Origin: an uncultured Bacilli bacterium
GTDB lineage: Bacteria; Bacillota_I; Bacilli_A; RFN20; CAG-826
Reading direction: 5' to 3'
Assembly: GCA_944327845.1 (NCBI GenBank)
Contig: CALVHN010000001.1
Span: 323,089 to 387,088, forward strand
Length of the DNA stretch: 64,000 bases
This document shows positions 18,418-26,348 of this stretch, one piece after another (position 1 is the stretch's first letter; every line of letters starts with the position of its first letter). The position numbers and the translations under genes were made by a program. The notes beneath the pieces are model-generated. The model saw only the letters and a program-made list of their open reading frames with translations, was not told where the DNA came from and ran no database searches.

Positions 18418-19750
18418 TAGTTTTTAATATTTCCAAAGCAATAGCTTTAGATAGTAATGGAGGAACAGCGTTACCTACTTGAGTATATTGTGGTATCTCT
18501 GTCCTTCTTAACAATCCTCCAGTAGTTCTTTTGCCATAGAAAACAAAACTATCGTCAAAAGATTGAAATCTCGCTAATTCTCTAACGCTAAAAGTCCTAT
18601 TTTCAGTCGGATGAATATAATCATCAGCAATTGTTACAACTGTTGGACTAGGCTTATCGGAATATAATCTTGTCCTAACGTTTTTCTTGGTTAAAAGTAC
18701 ATCAACGAGTTCTTTACTAAGATTCTTGTTTTTATAAATTTTAATTATCTCTTCGCGAGTTTTATTAAGATTATTTGAACATAAGTTTAATAGATTTGGT
18801 AAGTTTGTTAAATCAACACCATTCAAAATAATACTTTTTCTCAATTCTGCAGTTGTTTGGCCTTCCTCGTACAATGAGAATCTTTCAACAACTAAATCTG
18901 AAATATTGGATAACTCCTGATTTTTAGGAGCGCTTATCTTAATTGGCTTACCTGTCAATAAGGAAGGTGTTCTTCCGTTGGAAGATTCTAATTCGAATTT
19001 TGATTTTCTATGTGACTTAGAAGGATGTAATAATAAATCACCTATTGCTTCCATAGCTGATATGCGTTGTTCTTTTTCGAAAATTGGTTTTGGATAAGAT
19101 GGGGCCTTTAGTCCTTTTTTATACGCAATAAAAATAGCTCTTCTTCTATTTTGCGGAACGCCATAATCAGAAGCCGTTAAGATTTTAGGAGACACCACAT
19201 CATATCCTGCTAAATTTAATTCAGATTCTAATAAATGAGGTGCAAGAGAATCTTTGCCAAAGTATTGAATTCCAGTTAAGCCAACAAAACCTTCTAATTT
19301 TGTATCAGTGAATCCTTCAACGTTTTCCATTACAACGTAATTAGGGCGTAGCTCATTAATTACTCTTACGTATTCTCTAAATAAGAAATTTCTTGGATCG
19401 TCTTTGCCTTTTCTTTCTCCGCTTCTAGAGAATCCTTGACATGGAGGACCTCCAAATATGGCGTCAATTTGGACATTTTCAAGGCCTTTATATTTTTCCA
19501 GTTTTTTAATTGATTCTAAAATAAATTTACCACTCAAATCTTTAATATCAGCACGATAGTAAAATGTGTCAATTCCTTGTTTAATTCCCAATTGTTCATG
19601 TCTTTTCTTATAGGTTATTTCCACTTCTTTATTAATATCGCTAGAAAAGGCAATGTCAAAACCAGCTTGAAGCAAGCCTTCACTCATGCCTCCAGCTCCA
19701 CAAAACAAATCAATTGCAATAGGTTTATAAACAAATTTTCTTTCCATCAT
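18401..19750 (-). CDS. DNA (cytosine-5)-methyltransferase
   Basis: The motifs appear in canonical order: I DLFCGAGGMSEGL, IV GGPPCQGFS, VI ENVEGF, VIII QNRRRA, X GNAVPP. Confidence 0.9.
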   Translation of the reverse strand: MMERKFVYKPIAIDLFCGAGGMSEGLLQAGFDIAFSSDINKEVEITYKKRHEQLGIKQGIDTFYYRADIKDLSGKFILESIKKLEKYKGLENVQIDAIFGGPPCQGFSRSGERKGKDDPRNFLFREYVRVINELRPNYVVMENVEGFTDTKLEGFVGLTGIQYFGKDSLAPHLLESELNLAGYDVVSPKILTASDYGVPQNRRRAIFIAYKKGLKAPSYPKPIFEKEQRISAMEAIGDLLLHPSKSHRKSKFELESSNGRTPSLLTGKPIKISAPKNQELSNISDLVVERFSLYEEGQTTAELRKSIILNGVDLTNLPNLLNLCSNNLNKTREEIIKIYKNKNLSKELVDVLLTKKNVRTRLYSDKPSPTVVTIADDYIHPTENRTFSVRELARFQSFDDSFVFYGKRTTGGLLRRTEIPQYTQVGNAVPPLLSKAIALEILKTINSNQ

Positions 19751-19849
19751 AATATATATATTACCTAATTGTTTTTTAAAAGTCCAGGGTTATTATAAAA
19801 TCTTCTATTTTATTCCTAATAATTCATTTTAGAAGAGCTTTATTTAGTC

Positions 19850-20176
19850 TCAAATCTTCTCGGTTGCCACTTTTCTTAAGTCATCAATCGAGCATCCGAA
19901 TATCTTTGAAAACTTAAATAAAAAATCCAGAGTCGGAAGCGTGTTACCCATTTCGTAGTGCCTGACCCTAGGGTAGGAATAGCCGGTAGCGCTGCATATC
20001 TCTACCCTTGAAATATATTGCTGTTCTCTTATTGAACGGATAAGAATTCCCAATAATAATTTGCTGATATTGCCGTATATGTTTCTTCTAAAGAAGATCT
20101 TTTCCCATTTCAAATAGCACATCTTATATACACCACCATAGAAACTCGCATATTCCTCATAACCTGACCTTGCCAT
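19850..20176 (-). CDS. XRE-family helix-turn-helix protein (candidate controller or antitoxin)
   Basis: ISRVEICSATGYSYPRVRHYEMGNTLPTLDFLFKFSKIFGCSIDDL fits the HTH_3 pattern. The gene lies upstream of the C5-methylase on the same strand. Its true start is uncertain. Confidence 0.55.
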   Translation of the reverse strand: MARSGYEEYASFYGGVYKMCYLKWEKIFFRRNIYGNISKLLLGILIRSIREQQYISRVEICSATGYSYPRVRHYEMGNTLPTLDFLFKFSKIFGCSIDDLRKVATEKI

Positions 20177-20411
20177 ATCTAATTTTATTAACAGTGGCTT
20201 TCTCTGCTTCGTTTAGTCCATCCATGTACTCAGCATATAAACTTTTGATTCTCTTAGCGATAACATAATTGTCCGGTCTTTCGAGAGTTCTGCTTATCCC
20301 ATTGCTTTCAAAATTGCTGATACACTTTTCCACCTCGAATAATGTGTATTTAAGAAAGTGCCTGAATCCCTTATCTCCTCTAGCAAGTACAAAACCATAA
20401 TCTGTAATCAT
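20157..20411 (-). CDS. Small hypothetical protein (84 aa) overlapping the following HTH gene by 20 nt
   Basis: The ORF is GC-richer than the genome background and overlaps the downstream ORF as in a translationally coupled pair. I recognised no family. Confidence 0.4.
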   Translation of the reverse strand: MITDYGFVLARGDKGFRHFLKYTLFEVEKCISNFESNGISRTLERPDNYVIAKRIKSLYAEYMDGLNEAEKATVNKIRYGKVRL

Positions 20412-20460
20412 CTTTCGTCATCCTCCTATATGAAGGAATTAAATAATTATGAAAATAAGT

Positions 20461-20587
20461 CAAGTTATTTATAACTTGTTGAATTCGGCTGTCAACACGG
20501 CTGTTCGGGTTCGAACCCTGTTTTTGTTATCGCAAAGTTGACATTTTTGGCAAATTTAAAATTGTTATGTCAAGTGGTTTGCGATAA
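20461..20587. promoter_or_regulatory. Cluster of palindromes and operator-like boxes upstream of the 84-aa/HTH pair
   Basis: - CAAGTTAT-tt-ATAACTTG at 20461-20478.
- Direct CGGCTGT x2 at 20486 and 20498.
- 12-bp palindrome GGGTTCGAACCC at 20507-20518.
- Large inverted repeat TTATCGCAAA-g-TTGACA (20527-20543) ... TGTCAA-gtgg-TTTGCGATAA (20568-20587).
- A third TTATCGCAAA at 20661-20670. Confidence 0.45.
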
Positions 20588-20642
20588 AGAAATTACGATA
20601 TTTTATATATACTAAAGTATATATAAAGTATATATAAATATA

Positions 20643-20677
20643 CAAAAAACACCGAATTTTTTATCGCAAATCGGTGT
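20643..20677 (-). terminator. Possible terminator after tRNA-Arg(CCT)
   Basis: On the minus strand ACACCGA-(15-nt loop)-TCGGTGT is followed by TTTTTT. The large loop makes this call weak. Confidence 0.35.
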
Positions 20678-20690
20678 CAAATTCAGGAAA

Positions 20691-20767
20691 TGGCGTCCCC
20701 AGTTGGAGTCGAACCAACAGCATTTCGCTTAGGAGGCGAACCCTCTATCCGACTGAGGTATGGGGAC
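20691..20767 (-). tRNA. tRNA-Arg (anticodon CCT)
   Basis: Hand-folded cloverleaf of 77 nt. The acceptor is GTCCCCA/TGGGGAC, the anticodon stem is TTCGC/GCGAA with loop CTCCTAA, the T-arm is GTTGG-TTCGACT-CCAAC, and CCA is encoded. Confidence 0.9.
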
Positions 20768-20776
20768 TTAATAAAA

Positions 20777-21508
20777 TTATATACTATTTTTAGTCTTTTT
20801 AATTAATTCACTATAATAAATATCTTTAAATAAGTTAGCACTTAAAGGAACAATAGAAACAATACTATTATTAAAACAATACCAATCATCATCTTTAGAT
20901 TCAAAATTATAGTTTATTTCTCTTTCTATAAGAAAAGTGTTACCACCTACTTTTGAATAATGTTTATCTTTTCTATTAGATAGTCTTACTACTTTTATAC
21001 CTTTAACTTCATCACCTAATGGTAAATTAACATTTAATAAATATTTAAAAGATAATAAATCATTATCAATAATATAATCCATTATTCTATTAAATTCTTT
21101 TTTAAATAAATCAAAATTGAAAGGACAAGAAAAAGCAATAGCTTTTTTATTTTGTCTTAAAGCTTCTAAAGCCGCTCCAATTGTTCCAGAATAAATTGAA
21201 TCATAAGTTAAGTTTTCTCCTTCATTAACTCCACTTACAACTAGATCAAAATCTATATTTAAACAATATAATCCAAAAAATACACAATCAACGGGTGTGC
21301 CTTTAACGTAATAATAATCTTCACCTACTTCTTTAAATTCAATTTCTTTTCCAATTGTTATTGCACTACTTTTTCCACTCATTTTATTAAAAGGAGAAGC
21401 AATAACAACTCTTTCTGCATAATTTAAAAGTAAAACTTTTGTTAATTTAATTGCTTCACTTTCATATCCATCATCATTTACTAGTAATATATTTTTAAAT
21501 TTCTTCAT
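20777..21508 (-). CDS. surE: 5'/3'-nucleotidase SurE
   Basis: N-terminal ILLVNDDGYESEAI and the motifs GTPVDCV and SGVNEGENL are typical of SurE. Confidence 0.85.
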   Translation of the reverse strand: MKKFKNILLVNDDGYESEAIKLTKVLLLNYAERVVIASPFNKMSGKSSAITIGKEIEFKEVGEDYYYVKGTPVDCVFFGLYCLNIDFDLVVSGVNEGENLTYDSIYSGTIGAALEALRQNKKAIAFSCPFNFDLFKKEFNRIMDYIIDNDLLSFKYLLNVNLPLGDEVKGIKVVRLSNRKDKHYSKVGGNTFLIEREINYNFESKDDDWYCFNNSIVSIVPLSANLFKDIYYSELIKKTKNSI

Positions 21509-21550
21509 GATTTTATAATATCAAATTAAAAGCAAAATTAATTATTAAAG

Positions 21551-21570
21551 AAAAGAAAGCGCTTTCTTTT
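21551..21570. promoter_or_regulatory. Perfect 20-bp palindrome AAAAGAAAGCGCTTTCTTTT (cre-like core) between divergent genes
   Basis: The core GAAAGCGCTTTC is shared with the cre-like site at 5325-5338. It lies 43 bp upstream of the surE start and about 100 bp upstream of the 44-codon ORF. Confidence 0.4.
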
Positions 21571-21673
21571 AAAAAATCACTTGTCTTAAATGTAACTTAG
21601 TATTATTATAAACATCCAACTCGAGATAGACCGATCCATCTATGTGTAGAGTTAGTCTCAAAGGAGGTAAAAT

Positions 21674-21808
21674 ATGAAGAGCTTAAAGAAAAAATTAAGA
21701 CTTCATGATCGTCCTTTAAATAAAGCAAACCCAAACAGAAATGAAAATGGATTTATGCAGTTTATAGACGATTATGTTGCATACAGCGATTTATATCGCG
21801 GTATCTAA
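21674..21808 (+). CDS. Small protein, 44 aa (MKSLKKKLRLHDRPLNKANPNRNENGFMQFIDDYVAYSDLYRGI), not in the ORF track
   Basis: A strong RBS AAAGGAGGT lies 6 nt before the ATG. The frame is open to TAA at 21806-21808 and a terminator hairpin follows immediately. Confidence 0.55.
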   Translation: MKSLKKKLRLHDRPLNKANPNRNENGFMQFIDDYVAYSDLYRGI

Positions 21809-21816
21809 GTCTATTA

Positions 21817-21847
21817 AACCTATCGCAAGATAGGTTTTTTATTTTTT
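21817..21847 (+). terminator. Rho-independent terminator after the 44-codon ORF
   Basis: AACCTATC-gcaa-GATAGGTT followed by TTTTTTATTTTTT. Confidence 0.65.
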
Positions 21848-21901
21848 AGAATAGATTTTCTAGCCTTAACAATATAGGAAAAATCAATTAAAATATTAGT
21901 T

Positions 21902-23008
21902 ATGAATAAGAAATATGATTATGTTATAGTTGGAGCTGGATTATACGGTTCCACTTTTGCTAACTTAGCAAAAAAATTAAATAAAAAAGTTTTAGTAATC
22001 GATAAAAGATCAACAATTGCTGGTAATATTTATACCAAAGAAATCGATGGAATTAATGTTCATGTATATGGTGCACATATTTTTCATACTTCAGATAAAG
22101 AAGTATGGGATTATGTAAATTCATTTGTTCCATTTAATAATTATATAAATACAGTTATTGCTAACTATAAAGGTAAACTCTATCATTTACCTTTTAACAT
22201 GAATACTTTTCATGAAATGCGGGGAGTTAATACTAAAGAAGAAGCTCAAGCAATAATTGAAGAACAAATAAAAAAGGAAAATATCAAAGAAATAACTAAT
22301 CTTGAAGAACAAGCTTTATCTTTAGTCGGAAGAGATATATATGAAACATTAGTTAAAGGTTATACTGAAAAACAATGGGGGCAAAAAGCTACCGAACTCC
22401 CTTCCTTTATTATTAAACGTTTACCATTAAGATGGGAATATAATAACAACTATTTTAATGATACCTATCAAGGTATTCCAATTGGTGGATATACAAAACT
22501 TGTGAGAAAAATGCTTGATGGTATCGAAGTAAAATTAAATTATGATTTTTTTGAACATAAAGATGAAATTTTAAATCTTGGTGAAAAAATAATTTTTACT
22601 GGAGCAATTGATGAATACTTTAATTATAAATTTGGTGAACTTGATTATCGTTCATTAAGATTTGAAGTTGAAAAACATAATAAAGAATATTATCAAAATA
22701 ATGCTGTTATTAACTATACAGAATATGAAGTTCCTTATACTAGAATAATTGAACATAAGTATTTTGAAGATCAAAAAACTCCAACCACAATTATCACTAA
22801 GGAATATCCAGATTCATATCAAAAAGGAAAAGAAAGATATTATCCAATTAACAATGAAAGAAATAATGCTTTATATTTAAAATATTTAGAAGAAGCTAAA
22901 AAGCTAAATAATGTTTTCTTTGGTGGACGTTTAGGAAAATATAAATATTTTGATATGGATGATACAATTTTAGAAGCTTTTAAGGACGTTAAAGAATTAG
23001 TTAAATAA
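21902..23008 (+). CDS. glf: UDP-galactopyranose mutase
   Basis: FAD-binding YDYVIVGAGLYGS and GAHIFHT, with overall Glf-like length and C-terminal FGGRLGKYKYFDMD. Confidence 0.9.
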   Translation: MNKKYDYVIVGAGLYGSTFANLAKKLNKKVLVIDKRSTIAGNIYTKEIDGINVHVYGAHIFHTSDKEVWDYVNSFVPFNNYINTVIANYKGKLYHLPFNMNTFHEMRGVNTKEEAQAIIEEQIKKENIKEITNLEEQALSLVGRDIYETLVKGYTEKQWGQKATELPSFIIKRLPLRWEYNNNYFNDTYQGIPIGGYTKLVRKMLDGIEVKLNYDFFEHKDEILNLGEKIIFTGAIDEYFNYKFGELDYRSLRFEVEKHNKEYYQNNAVINYTEYEVPYTRIIEHKYFEDQKTPTTIITKEYPDSYQKGKERYYPINNERNNALYLKYLEEAKKLNNVFFGGRLGKYKYFDMDDTILEAFKDVKELVK

Positions 23009-23009
23009 T

Positions 23010-24230
23010 ATGAAAAACCATCTGAATAATTTTCAAAAATTTTCTTTAAATATTTTTCATCATACATTATCTTTCTTTATGCATTTTATTCCTTTTAAAT
23101 ATGCAAAAATTTTAGAAAATTATCAAGATTTAGCAGAGAAATTGAAGAAAAACAACATAAAAAAGGTAATGATAATCGTTGGAAAAACAATCTCATCTAA
23201 ATATAATCTTCATAAAGATTTAATGGATATTTTAAATAAGAATGGAATTATTTTTCTTCTATATACTAATTTTACAACTACACCTTTAATTAAAGATATT
23301 GAAGATGCTGCTTTAGTTTATAAAGAAAGTAAAGCCCAAGCTTTAATTGCATTAGGTGGAGGAAGCATTATTGATGCAGCTAAAGCTGTTGGAGTTCTTG
23401 TATCAAATGAAGGAAATATTAAAAAATATCAAGGAATCTTTAAAGTAAAAAAGAAACCTCCTTTTATGATTGCAATACCTACTACTTGCGGATCAGGAAG
23501 CGAAACTACTTTTGCTGCTGTTATTAAAGATAATGATTTAAACAATTTTATTATTGTTTCAAATAAAATTGTTCCAGATTATTGTTTATTAGAGCCAAAG
23601 ATGCTTAAATGCTTGCCAGATGATGCATTTAATTATTCAATAATGGATACAATAACTCATGCTATTGAAAGTTATTTAAATATTTCAGCTACAAGAAAAA
23701 CTAAAAAATTTGCTTTAAAATCTTTATCCTTAATAAAAGATAATTTAAATAATGCGCATTCTACTAAAGATGATTTTGTCGCTTATAAAGCGTTACTTGA
23801 AGCTTCATATTTAGCAGGAAGATCTTTTTCAAGAGCAATGGTTGGAAATATACATTCTCTTACTCATGGCATTTGTTCATATTATAATCTTCCTCATGGA
23901 ATGGTTAATGCTATCATTCTTCCTGAAATGTTAAAAGAATATTTAAAATCAAATTATTGTATTAATAAAATTAATAAAATATCAAAAGCTTTAAACCTTC
24001 AAACATTACCTGATAAGATTCATAATGGTCTTAATGTTGTAGATTATATCTTATTACTTAATGGGAAGTTTGATATTCCTCTAGTATTAAAAGAATTAAA
24101 AGAAGAAGATTTTGATAAAATTTCAGATCACGCTTATCAAGAAGCACATTTATTTTATTGTACTCCTTTAATATTTGATATCTCGGACTATAAAGAAATC
24201 TTATATTTAATAAAATCTAATAATAATTAA
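23010..24230 (+). CDS. Iron-containing (group III) alcohol dehydrogenase family protein
   Basis: It has GGGSIIDAAKAVG and the His-rich metal-site region HAIESY..HSLTHG..LPHG. It abuts the glf stop. The true start may be an internal Met. Confidence 0.75.
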   Translation: MKNHLNNFQKFSLNIFHHTLSFFMHFIPFKYAKILENYQDLAEKLKKNNIKKVMIIVGKTISSKYNLHKDLMDILNKNGIIFLLYTNFTTTPLIKDIEDAALVYKESKAQALIALGGGSIIDAAKAVGVLVSNEGNIKKYQGIFKVKKKPPFMIAIPTTCGSGSETTFAAVIKDNDLNNFIIVSNKIVPDYCLLEPKMLKCLPDDAFNYSIMDTITHAIESYLNISATRKTKKFALKSLSLIKDNLNNAHSTKDDFVAYKALLEASYLAGRSFSRAMVGNIHSLTHGICSYYNLPHGMVNAIILPEMLKEYLKSNYCINKINKISKALNLQTLPDKIHNGLNVVDYILLLNGKFDIPLVLKELKEEDFDKISDHAYQEAHLFYCTPLIFDISDYKEILYLIKSNNN

Positions 24231-24232
24231 AT

Positions 24233-24916
24233 TTAAAATTCTTTCTTTTTAAATTTTTTATAAGAAAATAAAATAAAAATAATACTAATTAAAGTAAGGA
24301 TTAAAGTTACAATAATTGAAATAAGTAAACCTTGAAATCCAGTTAAAAACATCGTAGAAAACATATATAAAACAAGAATTGCTGCTACAAAAATGTTTAC
24401 AAAAGACATAATAATATTTTGTTTTACTTGTCCAAAACTTATTAAAAAGAATAAGTTCATCGAAATATAAACGAAAATACCACCTATCATTTGAATGATT
24501 AAAGTTGGTGCTAAATAAGGACTAACAATATTTTTATACGGTGAAACTGTATAAGTTAAAATTAAGGTTAAAATAAATAAAATAAGCGGGAAAACATATG
24601 AAATTGCGCTATATACTAATTTAGAAGTTACAATCGTATCTCTTTTAACTCCGCTTGTTAAAATAAATTTATTAAAGTTACTTCTTTCATCATAAGCAAA
24701 AGATGAACCAAGTAAACTTGAAGGGCAAAATGTATAAACAAAGGAAGTTGTAACAATTGATAATACTAAATTAAAATAATTTTCCTCGTTTGTTATAGAA
24801 GAATCAAAAAGAAAAACTTCGCTTAAATTAATAACAAACATAAATAAAAAAATGACAATGAAAAGAATCATTATTCCTTTTGTGTAGTAATATTCTTTTA
24901 ATAATAAACCTTTCAT
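24233..24916 (-). CDS. ABC-2-type transporter permease
   Basis: 227 aa with six hydrophobic segments. It overlaps the upstream ABC ATPase gene by 4 nt. Confidence 0.6.
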   Translation of the reverse strand: MKGLLLKEYYYTKGIMILFIVIFLFMFVINLSEVFLFDSSITNEENYFNLVLSIVTTSFVYTFCPSSLLGSSFAYDERSNFNKFILTSGVKRDTIVTSKLVYSAISYVFPLILFILTLILTYTVSPYKNIVSPYLAPTLIIQMIGGIFVYISMNLFFLISFGQVKQNIIMSFVNIFVAAILVLYMFSTMFLTGFQGLLISIIVTLILTLISIIFILFSYKKFKKKEF

Positions 24917-25767
24917 AATGTTTTACCTCTTATCATGAAAACAATAGCATCTTCTAAAGTTGCTTCTTTTTGTTTAAAAGGAAGATTATTTTCTCTTTTA
25001 ATTAAAATACTATATGAATTTCCAACTATTTTATATCTTATAAGAATATTTTTATCTATTTGATCAAATTCTTCTTTTGTTAAATTTTCAACAACATTAA
25101 AAGAATTATTTAAAATTTCCTTACTCTCATTAATTGCAATTTTACCATTATGAATTAATAAAATTTTATTACATAATTTTTCAAGGTCAGAAATAATATG
25201 TGAAGAAATAATTATAGCTCTACCTTCAACTTGATTAAATTCTAATAAAATATCAATAACTTCATCTCTAGCTACAGGATCTAATCCGTTCATTGGTTCA
25301 TCAAGCATTAAGAATTTTGCATTATGAGAAAAGGCAATGGCTAAATTTAATTTTGCTTTCATTCCTTTTGAAAGTTCTTTGATCTTTTTATCTTTTTGAA
25401 TATTAAACTTTTCTAAATAAAAATAGTATGTTTTTTCATCCCAATTTTTAAATATATTTTTAAAAATATTGTTAACTTGAATTAAGCTTAGTTTTTCAGG
25501 CAAGCAGATTTCATCTAAAACTACTGAAATTTCTTCTCTTTCAACTTGAGTTAAATCATCATACTCTTTATTAAATATTTTAATTTCACCAGCATTTAAA
25601 TTAATTAAATTTGAAATAGCTTTAAGAGTTGTTGATTTTCCTGCACCATTTTCACCAACAAAACCAACTATATCATTACTAAAAACATCAAAACTTACAT
25701 TGTCTAATGTAAAGTTCTTATATTTTTTTGTTACATTTTTTACTTCTAAAATTTTATTTTCTTCCAT
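24913..25767 (-). CDS. ABC transporter ATP-binding protein
   Basis: Walker A GENGAGKST, signature LSKGMK and Walker B FLMLDEP. Confidence 0.85.
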   Translation of the reverse strand: MEENKILEVKNVTKKYKNFTLDNVSFDVFSNDIVGFVGENGAGKSTTLKAISNLINLNAGEIKIFNKEYDDLTQVEREEISVVLDEICLPEKLSLIQVNNIFKNIFKNWDEKTYYFYLEKFNIQKDKKIKELSKGMKAKLNLAIAFSHNAKFLMLDEPMNGLDPVARDEVIDILLEFNQVEGRAIIISSHIISDLEKLCNKILLIHNGKIAINESKEILNNSFNVVENLTKEEFDQIDKNILIRYKIVGNSYSILIKRENNLPFKQKEATLEDAIVFMIRGKTL

Positions 25768-25791
25768 TTTATTAATAAATCCTTGCTAATC

Positions 25792-26334
25792 TTAATTATT
25801 TTTATAAATTTTAGCAAAATAAAATTGTAAGGCACATAAAGATTTTGCATCGTTAAGTTTATCTAATTTAATTAAATTCATTATTTCTTCTAGACTATAT
25901 TCATAAACATTTAATGCTTCACCTTCATCTAAATGTTGTTCTTTTTTAACTAAAGAATCAGCATAATATAAATAAATTATTTCATCAGTATAAGCACAAC
26001 TTGGATACATTTTTCCTAAATAAACAATATTATTTGCTTGATATCCGGTTTCTTCTTCAAGTTCACGATATGCTGTTTTCATTGGATCTTCATCCAAATC
26101 GCATTTTCCAGCTGGAAATTCATATATTTCTTCATTATAAGGATAGCGAAATTGTTTTTCTAATAAGAATTTCCCATTTGGAAGTTTTGCTAAAATACAA
26201 CTTGCTTTACAATGTCTAACTACTTCTCTAGTAGATGTTTTTCCATTTGGTAATTTAACAGTATCAACAAATAAATTTAAAATTTTTCCTTTAAATACTT
26301 CTTTTGATTCAATTTTTTCTTCTTTTAAATCCAT
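25792..26334 (-). CDS. NUDIX hydrolase (ADP-ribose pyrophosphatase-like)
   Basis: Nudix box GKCDLDEDPMKTAYRELEEETGY. Confidence 0.8.
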   Translation of the reverse strand: MDLKEEKIESKEVFKGKILNLFVDTVKLPNGKTSTREVVRHCKASCILAKLPNGKFLLEKQFRYPYNEEIYEFPAGKCDLDEDPMKTAYRELEEETGYQANNIVYLGKMYPSCAYTDEIIYLYYADSLVKKEQHLDEGEALNVYEYSLEEIMNLIKLDKLNDAKSLCALQFYFAKIYKNN

Positions 26335-26348
26335 ATTGTTATCTCCTC

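Noticed and set aside
20507-20518. GGGTTCGAACCC as a bona fide partial tRNA gene.
   Set aside because: Only a T-arm-like element is present. There is no acceptor 3' strand with CCA and no matching 5' half, and it is not a repeat of the adjacent tRNA-Arg sequence. I kept it only as a possible scar in the island finding.
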